This document shows positions 48,892 to 60,144 of a stretch of 64,000 nt of DNA, in pieces (the first letter of the stretch is position 1; every line of letters starts with the position of its first letter). The stretch lies in assembly GCA_001797465.1 (NCBI GenBank), contig MGPQ01000009.1, forward strand, positions 65,009-129,008, given 5' to 3'. A program made the translations under genes and the position numbers. The notes beneath the pieces were generated by a model. That model was not told the origin of the DNA, made no database searches, and worked only from the letters and a program-made list of their open reading frames with translations. The stretch is from Deltaproteobacteria bacterium GWB2_55_19. GTDB lineage: Bacteria > Desulfobacterota > GWC2-55-46.

Positions 48892-50895
48892 TTAGCCGAG
48901 CTTAAGCTCCATGTCCTCGAGCTCCTTGATCCTGTCCCTCAGCTCGGCGGCCTTCTCGAACTCGAGCCCCTTCGACGCCCTCTCCATCTCCTTCCTGAGT
49001 GCCTTTAAGAGCTTCGGTATCTCGTGCGGGGGCACGTACTCCGCCGCATTCTCGGCCGTTGCCGCCCCCTTCACGGTATAGTAGTCCCCCTCGTATATGG
49101 AACTCAGTATGTCCTTTATACTGCTCTTTATCGTCTCAGGCGTTATCCCATTCGCCGCGTTGTAGCCCGCCTGTATGAGCCTCCTCCTCTCGGTCTCGCC
49201 TATCGCAGTCCGCATCGAGTCCGTTACCCTGTCGCCGTACATGATGACCCTGCCGTTCACGTTCCTCGCGGCCCTGCCGCAGGTCTGTATGAGAGAGCGG
49301 CCGGAGCGGAGAAACCCCTCTTTGTCGGCGTCCAGTATGGCTACGAGCGAGACCTCTGGTATATCGAGCCCCTCGCGTAGGAGATTTATGCCTACGAGGA
49401 CGTCGAACTCGCCGAGTCTCAAGTCCCGGAGTATCTCTATCCTCTCGAGCGTCTCTATGTCCGAGTGGAGGTACTTTACCCTTATCCCCGCCTCGGCGTA
49501 GTGCTGGGTAAGGTCCTCGGCCATCCTTTTCGTAAGGGTCGTTACGAGCACCCTCTCGCCCTTCTTAACGCGCTTCCTTATCTCAACGAGAAGGTCATCG
49601 ACCTGGTGGGCCGCAGGCCGCACCTCTATCTCAGGGTCCATGAGCCCGGTCGGCCTTATTATCTGTTCCACGACGCGAGCGCCTGCGACCGAGAACTCGT
49701 AAGCGGCCGGTGTCGCCGAGACATGGACGGTTTGTTTGATCTTCCTAACGAACTCGTCGAACTTAAGCGGCCTGTTGTCGAGCGCCGAGGGCAGTCTGAA
49801 ACCGTACTCTATAAGCGTTTCCTTCCTCGACCTGTCGCCGTGGTACATGCCGTTCAACTGGGGGACGGTTATGTGGCTCTCGTCGATAAAGAGGATGAAG
49901 TCCTCTGGGAAGTAATCTATGAGCGTGTAGGGCGGCTCGCCCGGGAGCCTTCCGGTGATGTGCCGCGAATAGTTCTCTATCCCGGGGCAGTAGCCCATCT
50001 CCTCCATGAACTCGAGGTCAAACTGGGTCCTCTGCTCGAGCCTCTGCGCCTCCAGGAGCCTGTTCTGCGACTTTAAAAAAACGAGCCTCTCTCTAAGCTC
50101 CGCCCTTATAGCCCCTGTCGCGCGATGGAGGTTGTCCCGCGTCGTCACATGGTGGCTCGCCGGGTGGATGAGGGCGCGCTCGACCTTCCTTATCGGTTTT
50201 CCCCTCATCGGGTCTATCTCGGTTATCGCCTCTACCACGTCGCCGAAGAACTCTATCCTCACGGCAATGTCGGCCTCATAGGCCGGGAATATGTCGACGA
50301 CGTCGCCCCTTACCCTGAAGGCACCCCTGTGGAAGTCGTAGTCGTTCCTCGCGTACTGCATCTCTACGAGGAGGTTAAGGAGCGCCCCCCTGTCCGTCTC
50401 CATGCCGCGCTCTACGTAGACCTGCATCTTGCCGTAGTCGTCGGGCGAGCCTATGCCGTATATGCAGGAGACCGACGCGACGATGATGGAATCCCTCCTG
50501 GTAAGGAGCGAGTGGGTCGCCGAGTGCCGGAGTTTGTCTATCTCGTCGTTTATAGAGGCGTCCTTCTCTATAAACATGTCCGTCGTCGGCACATACGCCT
50601 CTGGCTGGTAGTAGTCGTAGTACGAGACGAAGTACTCTACGGCGTTCTCGGGAAAGAGGTCCTTGAACTCGGCGTAGAGCTGGGCGGCAAGCGTCTTGTT
50701 CGGCGCGATGACGAGCGCGGGTCTGCCCGTCTCCTCGATGACCTTGGCCATGGTAAAGGTCTTGCCCGAGCCTGTCACTCCGAGGAGTATCTGGTGGGGA
50801 TACCCATTCTTGAGCCCTTCCACGAGCGCCTGTATCGCCCTGGGCTGGTCGCCCTTGGGGACGAAGTCTGTCCTTATCCTGAATGGTGTAGACAT
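48892..50895 (-). CDS. uvrB: Excinuclease ABC subunit B
   Basis: [52 protein letters not shown]-terminal UVR domain; start at MSTPF. Confidence 0.97.
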   Translation of the reverse strand: MSTPFRIRTDFVPKGDQPRAIQALVEGLKNGYPHQILLGVTGSGKTFTMAKVIEETGRPALVIAPNKTLAAQLYAEFKDLFPENAVEYFVSYYDYYQPEAYVPTTDMFIEKDASINDEIDKLRHSATHSLLTRRDSIIVASVSCIYGIGSPDDYGKMQVYVERGMETDRGALLNLLVEMQYARNDYDFHRGAFRVRGDVVDIFPAYEADIAVRIEFFGDVVEAITEIDPMRGKPIRKVERALIHPASHHVTTRDNLHRATGAIRAELRERLVFLKSQNRLLEAQRLEQRTQFDLEFMEEMGYCPGIENYSRHITGRLPGEPPYTLIDYFPEDFILFIDESHITVPQLNGMYHGDRSRKETLIEYGFRLPSALDNRPLKFDEFVRKIKQTVHVSATPAAYEFSVAGARVVEQIIRPTGLMDPEIEVRPAAHQVDDLLVEIRKRVKKGERVLVTTLTKRMAEDLTQHYAEAGIRVKYLHSDIETLERIEILRDLRLGEFDVLVGINLLREGLDIPEVSLVAILDADKEGFLRSGRSLIQTCGRAARNVNGRVIMYGDRVTDSMRTAIGETERRRLIQAGYNAANGITPETIKSSIKDILSSIYEGDYYTVKGAATAENAAEYVPPHEIPKLLKALRKEMERASKGLEFEKAAELRDRIKELEDMELKLG

Positions 50896-50917
50896 ATCCT
50901 TATAAAATACCATGAAA

Positions 50918-51006
50918 TCCTTGGGGATGGGCAAAATTCAAATCGGGCGGTTGTAGTAAACGAACTCCAAAAAGGTATCCAACGGCTTTGGCCGTGCGCC
51001 GAGCAC
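50918..51006. mobile_element. ~89-bp miniature element, copy C (diverged)
   Basis: TCCTTGGGGATGGGCAAAATT ... TTGGCCGTGCGCCGAGCAC; same length and ends as copies A and B. Confidence 0.55.
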
Positions 51007-51134
51007 CGATAGGCGTTAAAAACCGTATATAATATTAGCTTCGCCCCAGGCGAAAGGGTGAAAAAGCTGTTTTAATTTCGCCTGCCTTGTGTTATTAATC
51101 TCTATCCTGATAAATACGAAAAGAGGCCGGAAAA

Positions 51135-53930
51135 GTGGCGGAAATAGACTATAAGAACACGCTCAACCTCCCTAAGACCGACTTCCAGATGAGGGCCGAG
51201 CTCCCGAAAAAAGAGCCTGAGATGTTGAAGGCCTGGGAGGAGAACGGACTTTACGGGAAGATAACCGTTGCGGGCAAGGGGCGGGAGAAGTACATACTCC
51301 ACGACGGCCCGCCGTACGCGAACGGGAACATCCACATAGGCCACGCGCTGAATAAGCTCCTCAAGGACTTCATCGTGAAGTCGAGGTCCATGACGGGTTT
51401 CGCGACGGACTATGTGCCTGGATGGGACTGTCACGGCCTCCCCATAGAGCTCCAGGTCGAAAAGGAGCTCGGCGGCAAGAAGCAGTCTCTGTCAAAGGCC
51501 GAAATAAGAAAGAGGTGCAGGGCGTACGCCTCGAAGTTCATCGACGTACAGCGCGCGGACTTTAAAAGGCTCGGCGTATTCGGCGAATGGGAGAACCCCT
51601 ATCTCACCATGAACTTCTCCTACCAGGCCTCGATAATGAGGGAGCTCGGCAGGTTCGTCGAAAAAGGCCTCGTCTATAAGGGGAAAAAACCCGTGCACTG
51701 GTGCTCATCGTGCGCGACCGCGCTCGCCGAGGCCGAGGTGGAGTACGCAGACAAGACATCGCCCTCTATATTCGTAAGGTTCGCGCTCGACCAAAAGGAG
51801 CTCTCTGACAGGCTCAAGGTGAATATCTCCGGAAGGGCCTTTGTCGTCATCTGGACGACTACCCCGTGGACCCTGCCCGCGAACCTCGCAATCGCGCTTC
51901 ATCCGGAGCTCGATTACGTCCTTGTCGTACATGACAAGGACGCGTACATCGTAGCAGAGGGGCTCCTTGAGTCCGTATCAGCGAAGTTCGGATGGACGGA
52001 CGCAAAGGTGATTAAAAAATTCCGCTACTCGGGTATTGAAGGCATTAAGGCGAAACACCCCTTCATCGACCGCGCCTCTGTTCTACTCCCCGGAGGGCAT
52101 GTGACGCTGGAGGCCGGGACCGGTTGTGTCCATATAGCCCCCGGCCACGGCCAGGACGACTACGAGATCGGACTTAAGTTCGGGCTCGACATCTACAACC
52201 CGGTAGACAACCACGGAAAGTTCACGAAAGAGGTCCCCGAGTTCGAAGGCCAGTTCGTATTCAAGGCCAACGAGAATATCATAACTATCTTAAAGGAAAA
52301 AGGCGCGCTCCTTCTGAAAGAGGACATAAGGCACTCGTACCCGCACTGCTGGAGGTGCAAGTCACCTATCATATTCCGCGCGACCGAGCAGTGGTTCGCC
52401 TCGATGGAGGCCGGTGACTTAAGGAAAAAGGCGCTCGAAGCGATAGACAAACAGGTCGAGTGGATACCCTCCTGGGGCCGGGACCGCATCTATAACATGA
52501 TAGTCAACAGGCCCGACTGGTGCCTGTCGAGACAGAGGGCTTGGGGCGTGCCCATCCCGGCGCTCCGGTGCAAGTCCTGCCTGCACTCGTTCCTCGATGT
52601 AAAGGTGACAGAGAAGCTCGCCGACGACTTCGAGAAGGACGGCGCCGATATATGGTTCGAAAGGGAGCTTAAGGACCTCCTCCCCGATGGCGTCAAGTGC
52701 CCGAAGTGCGGTGGCGCCGAATTCGACAAGGAAGAGGACATACTCGACGTCTGGTTCGACTCGGGCGTCTCCTTCGCGGCTGTGCTGGAGAAGAGGAAAA
52801 ACCTCAAGTTCCCTGCGGACCTCTACCTCGAAGGGAGCGACCAGCACAGGGGCTGGTTCCACTCATCCCTGCTCGCCTCAGTCGGCACGCGCTCGACACC
52901 TCCATATAAGGCCGTGCTCACGCACGGGTTCGTCGTCGACGGCGAAGGGCGCAAGATGTCCAAGTCCATCGGCAACGTAATCGCCCCGCAGGAGGTGATT
53001 AACAAGTACGGCGCCGAGGTATTGAGGCTCTGGGTCGCGGCAGAGGACTACAGGGAGGATATCCGCATCTCTGAGGAGATATTAAAGAGGCTCTCCGAGG
53101 CGTACAGGAGGATAAGGAACACATTCAGGTACATATTGGGCAACCTCTACGACTTCGACCCTGTTAAGGACCTCGTCCCGTTCAATGAGCTCGAGGAGCT
53201 CGACAGGCTCACGCTCCACAAGCTCTCAAGGCTCACGGAGCGTGTCCTCGAGGCCTACAAGACCTTCGAGTTCCACGTCATATACCACGCAGTCCACAAC
53301 TTCTGCACAGTGGACTTGAGCGCCTTTTACCTCGACGTCATCAAGGACAGGCTCTACACATACAGGGCGGATTCCAGGGGCAGGAGGGCCGCGCAGACGG
53401 CGATCTATCACGTCCTCGACCACCTCGTGAGGCTCACCGCCCCGGTCCTCGTCTTCACCTCTGACGAGGCGTGGTCGTTCATGCCCGGGGAAAAGGCGGA
53501 GAGCGTGCACCTCTCTGCGATGCCTGTTCCGAACGCCTCCTGGATAGACGACAGGCTCGACGAAAAGTGGGATGAGCTCGCGCGCGTAAAGGCCGATATA
53601 TCGAAGGCCCTCGAAGGGGCGCGGCAGACAAAGCTCATCGGACACCCGCTCGACGCCGAGGTCGTCGTATACCCTAAAAAGGACGAGGCGCTCATAAACG
53701 AAGAGGCCCGCGCGCTCGAAGAGGTGCTCATCATATCGAAGCTGACTATCGGCTCAGGGACGACGGACACCGGAGGGGATGCGCACCTCTACACAACCGA
53801 CATAGCGGACTTCGTGGTTAGAAAGGCCCCCGGCGGCAAGTGCGAGAGGTGCTGGCACTACAACACCCATGTCGGCGAAAACAGCGAACACCCGGCCCTT
53901 TGCGACAGATGCACGGAGGCGCTCAGATAA
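51135..53930 (+). CDS. ileS: Isoleucine--tRNA ligase (type 1)
   Basis: [40 protein letters not shown]-terminal CERCW zinc site. Confidence 0.98.
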   Translation: MAEIDYKNTLNLPKTDFQMRAELPKKEPEMLKAWEENGLYGKITVAGKGREKYILHDGPPYANGNIHIGHALNKLLKDFIVKSRSMTGFATDYVPGWDCHGLPIELQVEKELGGKKQSLSKAEIRKRCRAYASKFIDVQRADFKRLGVFGEWENPYLTMNFSYQASIMRELGRFVEKGLVYKGKKPVHWCSSCATALAEAEVEYADKTSPSIFVRFALDQKELSDRLKVNISGRAFVVIWTTTPWTLPANLAIALHPELDYVLVVHDKDAYIVAEGLLESVSAKFGWTDAKVIKKFRYSGIEGIKAKHPFIDRASVLLPGGHVTLEAGTGCVHIAPGHGQDDYEIGLKFGLDIYNPVDNHGKFTKEVPEFEGQFVFKANENIITILKEKGALLLKEDIRHSYPHCWRCKSPIIFRATEQWFASMEAGDLRKKALEAIDKQVEWIPSWGRDRIYNMIVNRPDWCLSRQRAWGVPIPALRCKSCLHSFLDVKVTEKLADDFEKDGADIWFERELKDLLPDGVKCPKCGGAEFDKEEDILDVWFDSGVSFAAVLEKRKNLKFPADLYLEGSDQHRGWFHSSLLASVGTRSTPPYKAVLTHGFVVDGEGRKMSKSIGNVIAPQEVINKYGAEVLRLWVAAEDYREDIRISEEILKRLSEAYRRIRNTFRYILGNLYDFDPVKDLVPFNELEELDRLTLHKLSRLTERVLEAYKTFEFHVIYHAVHNFCTVDLSAFYLDVIKDRLYTYRADSRGRRAAQTAIYHVLDHLVRLTAPVLVFTSDEAWSFMPGEKAESVHLSAMPVPNASWIDDRLDEKWDELARVKADISKALEGARQTKLIGHPLDAEVVVYPKKDEALINEEARALEEVLIISKLTIGSGTTDTGGDAHLYTTDIADFVVRKAPGGKCERCWHYNTHVGENSEHPALCDRCTEALR

Positions 53931-54391
53931 AAAACCTCAGGGTCCTCGTCATAACCGCGCTCGCCGTGCTTGTGGTCGACCAGGCCTCCAAGCTCGTTGT
54001 CATCCATTATTTCTGGGAGGGAGAGACCGTCGAGGTGATCGCCGGGTTCTTCGACCTCGTACACTTCAGGAACCCAGGCGCGGCCTTTGGTATTTTCAAC
54101 GAGGGGGGCGTCGCGCGGAGGGTCTTCCTCATCACGACTTCCGGCGCGGCGCTCGCCGTTATATTCTTTCTCCTGAAGGAAACGAAGGATTCCATCGTCG
54201 CGCTCGGGCTCTCACTCGTCGCCGGGGGCGCGGCAGGGAACCTCGTCGACAGGGTAAGGTTCGGCTCGGTCGTCGACTTCCTCTACTTCCACGCGGGCCC
54301 GTACTACTGGCCCGCCTTCAATATCGCGGACTCCGCGATAACGGCCGGCGTTGGGCTTGCCGCCGTCTTCTACTGGTTCAGGCATCGCTGA
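53927..54391 (+). CDS. lspA: Lipoprotein signal peptidase II
   Basis: [30 protein letters not shown]; start is either ATA 53927 or ATG 53909. Confidence 0.95.
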   Translation: MKNLRVLVITALAVLVVDQASKLVVIHYFWEGETVEVIAGFFDLVHFRNPGAAFGIFNEGGVARRVFLITTSGAALAVIFFLLKETKDSIVALGLSLVAGGAAGNLVDRVRFGSVVDFLYFHAGPYYWPAFNIADSAITAGVGLAAVFYWFRHR

Positions 54392-54477
54392 TCGCCATCT
54401 GCCGCGTATCCCTGTAAAACAAAACCCAGAAGCCTCCTTCAAGGAAACTCCCGGGTACGCCCCGTCTAATCCTTGCC

Positions 54478-54568
54478 TTGTCATTGCGAACGAAGTGAAG
54501 CAATCCCATCTTTTAAGCACGTCATAACCCAAAGATCGCTTCGTCGCTTGCGCTCCTCGCAATGACAA
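54478..54568. repeat. GTCATTGCGA-type palindromic element between convergent genes
   Basis: TTGTCATTGCGA...GAAGCAATC ... GATCGCTTC...TCGCAATGACAA. Confidence 0.85.
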
Positions 54569-54578
54569 TAAACCGCCT

Positions 54579-55319
54579 CTACCCCTCAGCCAGCTTCCTG
54601 CTCTCGTTAGCGATAAAGGTTTTCAGTATCTCCTGGTCCTCATCCGCTACGGAGGTGTACATGAGGCCGTAGCCCCCGAAGAGCGTCTTCGAAGCGACCT
54701 CGGAGGTAGACCACTTTATTATGCACTTAAGGTCTATGACCTTGTCCGCGCCGGGGATCGTAAATTTAAGCCGGAGCATCGCCCCGGTCAAGAGGTCCGC
54801 CTTGGTGTGGAGGAACGCTCCGGTCTCGCTGAGGTTAAGGAGAAAGCCGGTCCTCGCGCGGTCGCCCAGTATGAAGTCCACGGGTATGGAGACCGGGACC
54901 CTCTCTCTGCTTATGCCCTTGGAGGCCTTGTCCGGGAATAGCGTCCTGTTGACCCTGAAAATTATCTGCTCCGGGGTGTACCCCTTTGTCATCAGCCCCG
55001 AGGCCCCTAAACCCTTCAGCTTCTCCACGATGTTGCCCGGCTCGTATACGCCTGTCAGCGCGAGTATCGGGAACTTTCCCCTGTACCCGTTGTCGTTAAG
55101 CCACTTCAAGACCCCGAACCCGTCTATATCCGGCATCTGCAGGTCGAGGATGAGGAGGTCTATGCCGTTCGAGTCTATCCTTACCTCGTTTATGAGCTCC
55201 CTGCCGTCCTTGGCGAACCTGACCTTGTGGCCGGCCTCGACGAGTATGTCTGAGAGCTTGGTCCTGAAGAAGACGGAGTCGTCGGCGACAAGGACGTTCC
55301 TTGAGTCTTTTGTGATCAT
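54579..55319 (-). CDS. Response regulator receiver + PilZ-like domain protein
   Basis: VLVADD, LILDLQMPDIDG, conserved T and K; C-terminal R.RVPV..NLSETG.F. Confidence 0.85.
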   Translation of the reverse strand: MITKDSRNVLVADDSVFFRTKLSDILVEAGHKVRFAKDGRELINEVRIDSNGIDLLILDLQMPDIDGFGVLKWLNDNGYRGKFPILALTGVYEPGNIVEKLKGLGASGLMTKGYTPEQIIFRVNRTLFPDKASKGISRERVPVSIPVDFILGDRARTGFLLNLSETGAFLHTKADLLTGAMLRLKFTIPGADKVIDLKCIIKWSTSEVASKTLFGGYGLMYTSVADEDQEILKTFIANESRKLAEG

Positions 55320-55568
55320 ACCGCTTCCTTCTGAGGGTTATCCCTTTCGGGAATCATATAAGGAATAAAAACCAGGCCGGGGAAGAGTACTTGCTGGAGT
55401 CTTGGAGGCGAGGGTGCGTCCGGCCCAACATGTTAATTTCAGGCGTATGAGGACGGGGACCTTAAGGCCGCCGTCAAGACCTCGGGAAATCGATTGCGCC
55501 TTGAAACGGGTCTGCCCCGCCCCCCGTCCCCGTCCGCAGAAGAATTATAGCGGAAAAGATGGGTTTCT

Positions 55569-57707
55569 TCAATCCGCGGCGGGCTTGGGGACCTCCCATG
55601 TCGCGTAACTGCACTTCGGGTACTTGGAACAGCTGAAGAATACCCTGCCCTTTTTCGTCCTCCTCTCGACGAGCATGCCGCCGTCGTCGTTAGGGCACGG
55701 TATGCCGGTCGATACCGGGAGAGTAGACTTGCAGTTCGGGTAATCCGAACACGCGAGGAAACGGCCGAACCTGCCGCTCTTTAAAGTCATCTGTTTCCCG
55801 CACTTGGGGCAGAGCGTCTCGACCGTCTCTGCTACGCGCTCAAGGGCGACGACCTTGCCGTCGGTGTCTGTCGTGAAGTCTTTGGTGTTCTTGCACTCCG
55901 GGTACCCGGAGCATGCGAGGAACTTGCCCTTCCGCCCCCATTTTATCACCATCTGCTTTCCGCACTTCTCGCAGGATATATCTGTGGGCGTCTCCTCGGC
56001 CTTCAGGTTCTTCATGTCCTTCTTGGCCCTCTCCAGGGATTCCTTAAAGGGCGCATAGAACTCCTCCATCGTCTTTCGCCACTGGGCCTGCCCCTCTTCT
56101 ATCTGGTCGAGCTCCTCTTCCATGTGGGCGGTGAACTCGACGTCGAGTATCTCGGGGAAGGACCCTATGAGGAGACCCGTGACCGTGAAGCCGAGCTCTG
56201 TCGGCTTGAGCTGCGTCTTGTCCTTGATGACGTACTCCCGGTCCTGAATGGTTGAGATTATCGCCGCGTAGGTAGAGGGCCTCCCTATGCCGTTTTCCTC
56301 GAGCTCCTTTACGAGCGACGCCTCTGTAAACCTCGGGGGCGGCTGTGTGAAGTGCTGGGCAGGGGAGAGGCTTGAGAGCTGTAAGGGCTCGTCCTTCTTA
56401 AGCTGAGGGAGCTTCTCCTCCTTCTCCTCCTCGACGTCCTGCCCCTCGATGTAGACGGCCATGAAGCCCGGGAACTTTATCGTCGAGCCGGAGGCGGTAA
56501 ACAGGTAATCGCCGGCCGTTATCTGCGCCCTCGTCTGGTCGATGAGCGCGCTCGACATCTGGCACGCGATGAAACGGTTCCAGATGAGCTGGTAGAGCCT
56601 GAACTGGTCCTTTGAGAGGTGCTTCTTTACGGCGTCGGGCGCGTACTGGAAATAAGTCGGCCTTATCGCCTCGTGCGCGTCCTGCGCCTTTTTCTTTGAC
56701 TTGTATATCACGGGCTTGGCCGGGAGGAAGTCCTCCCCGTACCTCTGGCCTATGTGCGCGCGCGCAGAGGCTATCGCCTCATTCGACACCCTTGTGGAGT
56801 CAGTCCTCATGTACGAGATGAGCCCGACCGGCCCCTCGTCGCCCAGATCCACCCCCTCGTACAACTGCTGGGCGAGCATCATCGTCTTCTTCGCCGTGAA
56901 CCCGAGCTTCCTCGCCGCTTCCTGCTGGAGCTTGGACGTCGTGAACGGCGCCGCCGGGTTCCTCTTCGTCTCCCTCGTCTCGACCTCCGCCACTTTGTAC
57001 GTCGCGCCATTGAGGTCTGAGAGTACCTGCTTCGCCTGGGATTCGTTGCCGAGCTCTATCTTCTCCCCGTTCTTTTTAGCGAGCTTCGCAATAAAACCGG
57101 CGCCGGAGCCGGTCTCAAGCTCGGCCTCGATCGACCAGTACTCCTTCGGCACGAACGCCTGTATCTCACGCTCCCGGTCGCAGATGAGGCGCACGGCGAC
57201 GGACTGGACCCTGCCGGCGCTCAACCCCCGCCTCACCTTGTCCCAGAGTATGGGGGAGACCTGGTAGCCGACGAGCCGGTCGAGGACCCTTCTCGCCTGC
57301 TGTGCGTCGAACTTGTTCCTGTCGAGCGCGATCGGGTGCTCTATCGCCTCCCTTACGGCCTTTTCGGTTATCTCGTTAAAGAGGACGCGGAGCGTCTTCT
57401 CGTTCTTCTTGTCCACCTCTTCGGCTATGTGCCAGGCGATGGCTTCGCCCTCCCTGTCGGGGTCGGGCGCGAGGTATATCCTCTCGGCCGTCTTTGCGGC
57501 CTTCTTTAATTCCTTTATCGTATTGGCCTTGCCCTTTATGATCTCGTAATGGGGCTCGAAGCCGTTATCTATCTCTACCCCGAGCTTGCTCTTGGGAAGG
57601 TCCTTTATATGGCCGACTGAGGCGAGGACCAGAAAGTCCTTGCCGAGGAACTTGTTTATCGTCTTCGCCTTAGCGGGCGACTCGACTATTACGAGCGATT
57701 TTCCCAT
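55569..57707 (-). CDS. topA: DNA topoisomerase I
   Basis: IVESPAKAKTI, DPDREGEAIAWH, SAGRVQS, YMRTDS, GIGRPSTY, C-terminal zinc ribbons. Confidence 0.98.
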   Translation of the reverse strand: MGKSLVIVESPAKAKTINKFLGKDFLVLASVGHIKDLPKSKLGVEIDNGFEPHYEIIKGKANTIKELKKAAKTAERIYLAPDPDREGEAIAWHIAEEVDKKNEKTLRVLFNEITEKAVREAIEHPIALDRNKFDAQQARRVLDRLVGYQVSPILWDKVRRGLSAGRVQSVAVRLICDREREIQAFVPKEYWSIEAELETGSGAGFIAKLAKKNGEKIELGNESQAKQVLSDLNGATYKVAEVETRETKRNPAAPFTTSKLQQEAARKLGFTAKKTMMLAQQLYEGVDLGDEGPVGLISYMRTDSTRVSNEAIASARAHIGQRYGEDFLPAKPVIYKSKKKAQDAHEAIRPTYFQYAPDAVKKHLSKDQFRLYQLIWNRFIACQMSSALIDQTRAQITAGDYLFTASGSTIKFPGFMAVYIEGQDVEEEKEEKLPQLKKDEPLQLSSLSPAQHFTQPPPRFTEASLVKELEENGIGRPSTYAAIISTIQDREYVIKDKTQLKPTELGFTVTGLLIGSFPEILDVEFTAHMEEELDQIEEGQAQWRKTMEEFYAPFKESLERAKKDMKNLKAEETPTDISCEKCGKQMVIKWGRKGKFLACSGYPECKNTKDFTTDTDGKVVALERVAETVETLCPKCGKQMTLKSGRFGRFLACSDYPNCKSTLPVSTGIPCPNDDGGMLVERRTKKGRVFFSCSKYPKCSYATWEVPKPAAD

Positions 57708-57784
57708 GTTAGTCCCTTTTTCTCTTTCCCTGAACGGCCCAGCCGCTGATTATTATAACACAGACGCGTTTTTTACGAGCGCGC

Positions 57785-58873
57785 CTACCTCTTTGAAAAC
57801 CTCTTCCCAGTCTCCTGCCTCACGAGCCCTTTGAGCTCCATCTGGAGGAGGAGCGCCGAGGCCTTTGCCGCGCTCAGGCTCGTCATGCCGGCGATGTCGT
57901 CTATGTGGAGCGACTCGTCCTTGAGCGCCTTCCATATAAGGAGCTCGTCCCCGGCTATCTCCCTCTTTCCCTTTTGGGCATCATTATCTTCCTCAGGCGC
58001 TATCGTTATTGAGAGCGCCTCGAATATGTCCTCAACTGAAGTGACTATCGCCGCGCCTTCCCTTATGAGCCTGTTCGTCCCGGCGGACCTGCCGGAGGTC
58101 ATCTGCCCTGGCACCGCGAGCACCTCTCTGTTATAATCGAGCGAGAGCCTCGCGGTCATGAGCGCGCCGCTCCTTAAGGGCGCCTCAACTACGACGACGC
58201 CGTCGGAGACGCCGCTTATTATTCTGTTCCTCTTCGGAAAATTGTAGCCCGCGGGCGGGGTCCCCATAGGGTATTCGGAGACGACGAGCCCTTTTTCAAT
58301 TATCTCGTTATAGAGTTTCGCGTTCTCGCCGGGGTAAGGCACATCCACGCCCGTGCCGAGGACCGCGACGGTCCTGCCGCCCGCGAAGAGCGCCCCCCTG
58401 TGCGCGTAGGTGTCGCACCCGCGCGCCATGCCGCTTGCAATAGTCACCCCGGCGGATGCGAGGTCTATGGCTAACGTCTCCGAGACCTTGAGCCCGTAGT
58501 GCGTAGGCCGTCTCGTGCCGACTATGGCTACAACGGGCGCTTCATAATCGCTTCTCCTGCCCTTCATATACAGGAGCGCGGGCGCGTCAGGTATTTCGCG
58601 TAAAAGCGGCGGGTACTCGGGGTCGTCAAACGGGACGACGCGCGCGCCACCCTCGCTTACAAGCCTTATTTCCTTCTCCACCCAGTCCCAGTCGCCGAAG
58701 GCCTTTATCGAAGCCGCGAACTCCGTTGAATAGGCGTTGAGGGCGGCGCTCGACCCGGCGAAGACCGCCTCGGGCGCGCCGAACCTCTCCAGTATCCCGG
58801 ATATGGGAAAACGCCCTATCCCCTTTACCCGGCTCAAGGCAAGCCAGTGCTTCAATCCGCTTTCAGCATCCAT
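57785..58873 (-). CDS. dprA: DNA-processing protein DprA
   Basis: AIVGTR, SGMARGCD..AH, FPKRNRIISG, VVEA..RSGAL.TA, C-terminal winged helix. Confidence 0.95.
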   Translation of the reverse strand: MDAESGLKHWLALSRVKGIGRFPISGILERFGAPEAVFAGSSAALNAYSTEFAASIKAFGDWDWVEKEIRLVSEGGARVVPFDDPEYPPLLREIPDAPALLYMKGRRSDYEAPVVAIVGTRRPTHYGLKVSETLAIDLASAGVTIASGMARGCDTYAHRGALFAGGRTVAVLGTGVDVPYPGENAKLYNEIIEKGLVVSEYPMGTPPAGYNFPKRNRIISGVSDGVVVVEAPLRSGALMTARLSLDYNREVLAVPGQMTSGRSAGTNRLIREGAAIVTSVEDIFEALSITIAPEEDNDAQKGKREIAGDELLIWKALKDESLHIDDIAGMTSLSAAKASALLLQMELKGLVRQETGKRFSKR

Positions 58874-58952
58874 AAAAGACCTTGGCTGTACGGGTTTAAG
58901 GGAATACAGGACCGAAGACCGGAGTGAGGCCTAACGCCATCGCCTCCGGATG

Positions 58953-60107
58953 TCAATTGGTGCGGAGCGTGGAGATCCTGTCGCCCCAGTTTATGGGTTG
59001 GGAATTCTTTATAACTATGCAGGACGAAGTGGTCTCGCCGGCCTCCAGTACGACGGCCGCGCCGAGCTCAATGGGGGGCAGGTTTACGTCCCTGCCGTCA
59101 TTCGGGTCGCTCACGGCCTCTACGGGCCTGTAGACCCGGAGCAGGTTGCCCTTCTTGAGCCCGTCCCTCTCGCCCTTGTCCACATACGCGATGTCGCCGC
59201 TGACCAGGTTCTCGGTCCCCTCGGCGCCGAAGACGACGAAGCCGGAGAGGTCCTTCTCGGCCTCGGTGATCTCGACCTCGGTCAGGACGGGCCTCACCGC
59301 GTCGAGCTTCGCGTCCGTCGGTATCTCCTTGTAAGAGACCTCTATCCGCGCCTCAACGACTTCGCCTTTTAAGCCCGTGACAACGAGCTCACCGAGCACG
59401 TCGATGATCGAGCCTATCCTGCCGCCGGTCTCAGGGTGTTTCACCTCCGTTTCCTCGAGGAATATGGCGAACCTGTCCCCTTCTTTTACGGGCCCCTTGA
59501 ACGCGGCGTAGACGTAGTCGCCCTGGCTTACATAGACGTTGCTGTCCAGTTTGGCCGCGGCTATCGACCCTGCCGCAATGAGGTCTTTTGCGGAAATGAA
59601 GCCCCTCCTCTGGATGTTATTCGACTTTACGGACGGCTTCGAGGGCGCTTCCACTGCGGGAGGCGCCGGCAACGCCTCCGCCGGCACGGCCCCGGCGGCC
59701 GTATCAACGCCCGGCTCCGGCTCCAGCACCACAACCCTGCCCTCTGGACCAACGACAGCGTCCTCAAGGGTCACGATTGGCAGGGTCTCGGCCCCCGCTT
59801 CTTTTTTGCTCACTATCTCTATCCCGTCCGGCGTAATCTTCACGATGTCGCCCGGGTATATGAGGTGCGGGTTCTTTATGTACGGGTTTATCTTCCAGAT
59901 AGAGGGCCACTTGAAGGGGTTCTTCAAGAACTTCCCGGAGATGTCCCAGAGCGTGTCTCTCGGCACTATTTTGTATTCGGCCGGACCCGCCGCCTCGACG
60001 GCCTTATCCACGTCCGCGTCCTTAACCGCGACGTCGTCAGCAGAGGCCGCGATCGACGCGGAGAGAACCAGGACAAAAGCAAACGCCGTTATAAGATTCC
60101 TTTTCAT
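58953..60107 (-). CDS. Exported LysM peptidoglycan-binding protein (TsaP-like)
   Basis: Signal peptide; DTLWDIS.KFL..P..WP.IW..NP.IKNPHLIYPGD; directly upstream of dprA. Confidence 0.85.
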   Translation of the reverse strand: MKRNLITAFAFVLVLSASIAASADDVAVKDADVDKAVEAAGPAEYKIVPRDTLWDISGKFLKNPFKWPSIWKINPYIKNPHLIYPGDIVKITPDGIEIVSKKEAGAETLPIVTLEDAVVGPEGRVVVLEPEPGVDTAAGAVPAEALPAPPAVEAPSKPSVKSNNIQRRGFISAKDLIAAGSIAAAKLDSNVYVSQGDYVYAAFKGPVKEGDRFAIFLEETEVKHPETGGRIGSIIDVLGELVVTGLKGEVVEARIEVSYKEIPTDAKLDAVRPVLTEVEITEAEKDLSGFVVFGAEGTENLVSGDIAYVDKGERDGLKKGNLLRVYRPVEAVSDPNDGRDVNLPPIELGAAVVLEAGETTSSCIVIKNSQPINWGDRISTLRTN

Positions 60108-60144
60108 CACCCCTCCTTAAGGGTCAACCCCTTCCCCGTGCCGG

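Noticed and set aside
54212..54568. ORF beginning MSLRGAQATKRS and containing CFTSFAMT
   Set aside because: It is the translation of the GTCATTGCGA palindromic repeat running antisense into lspA
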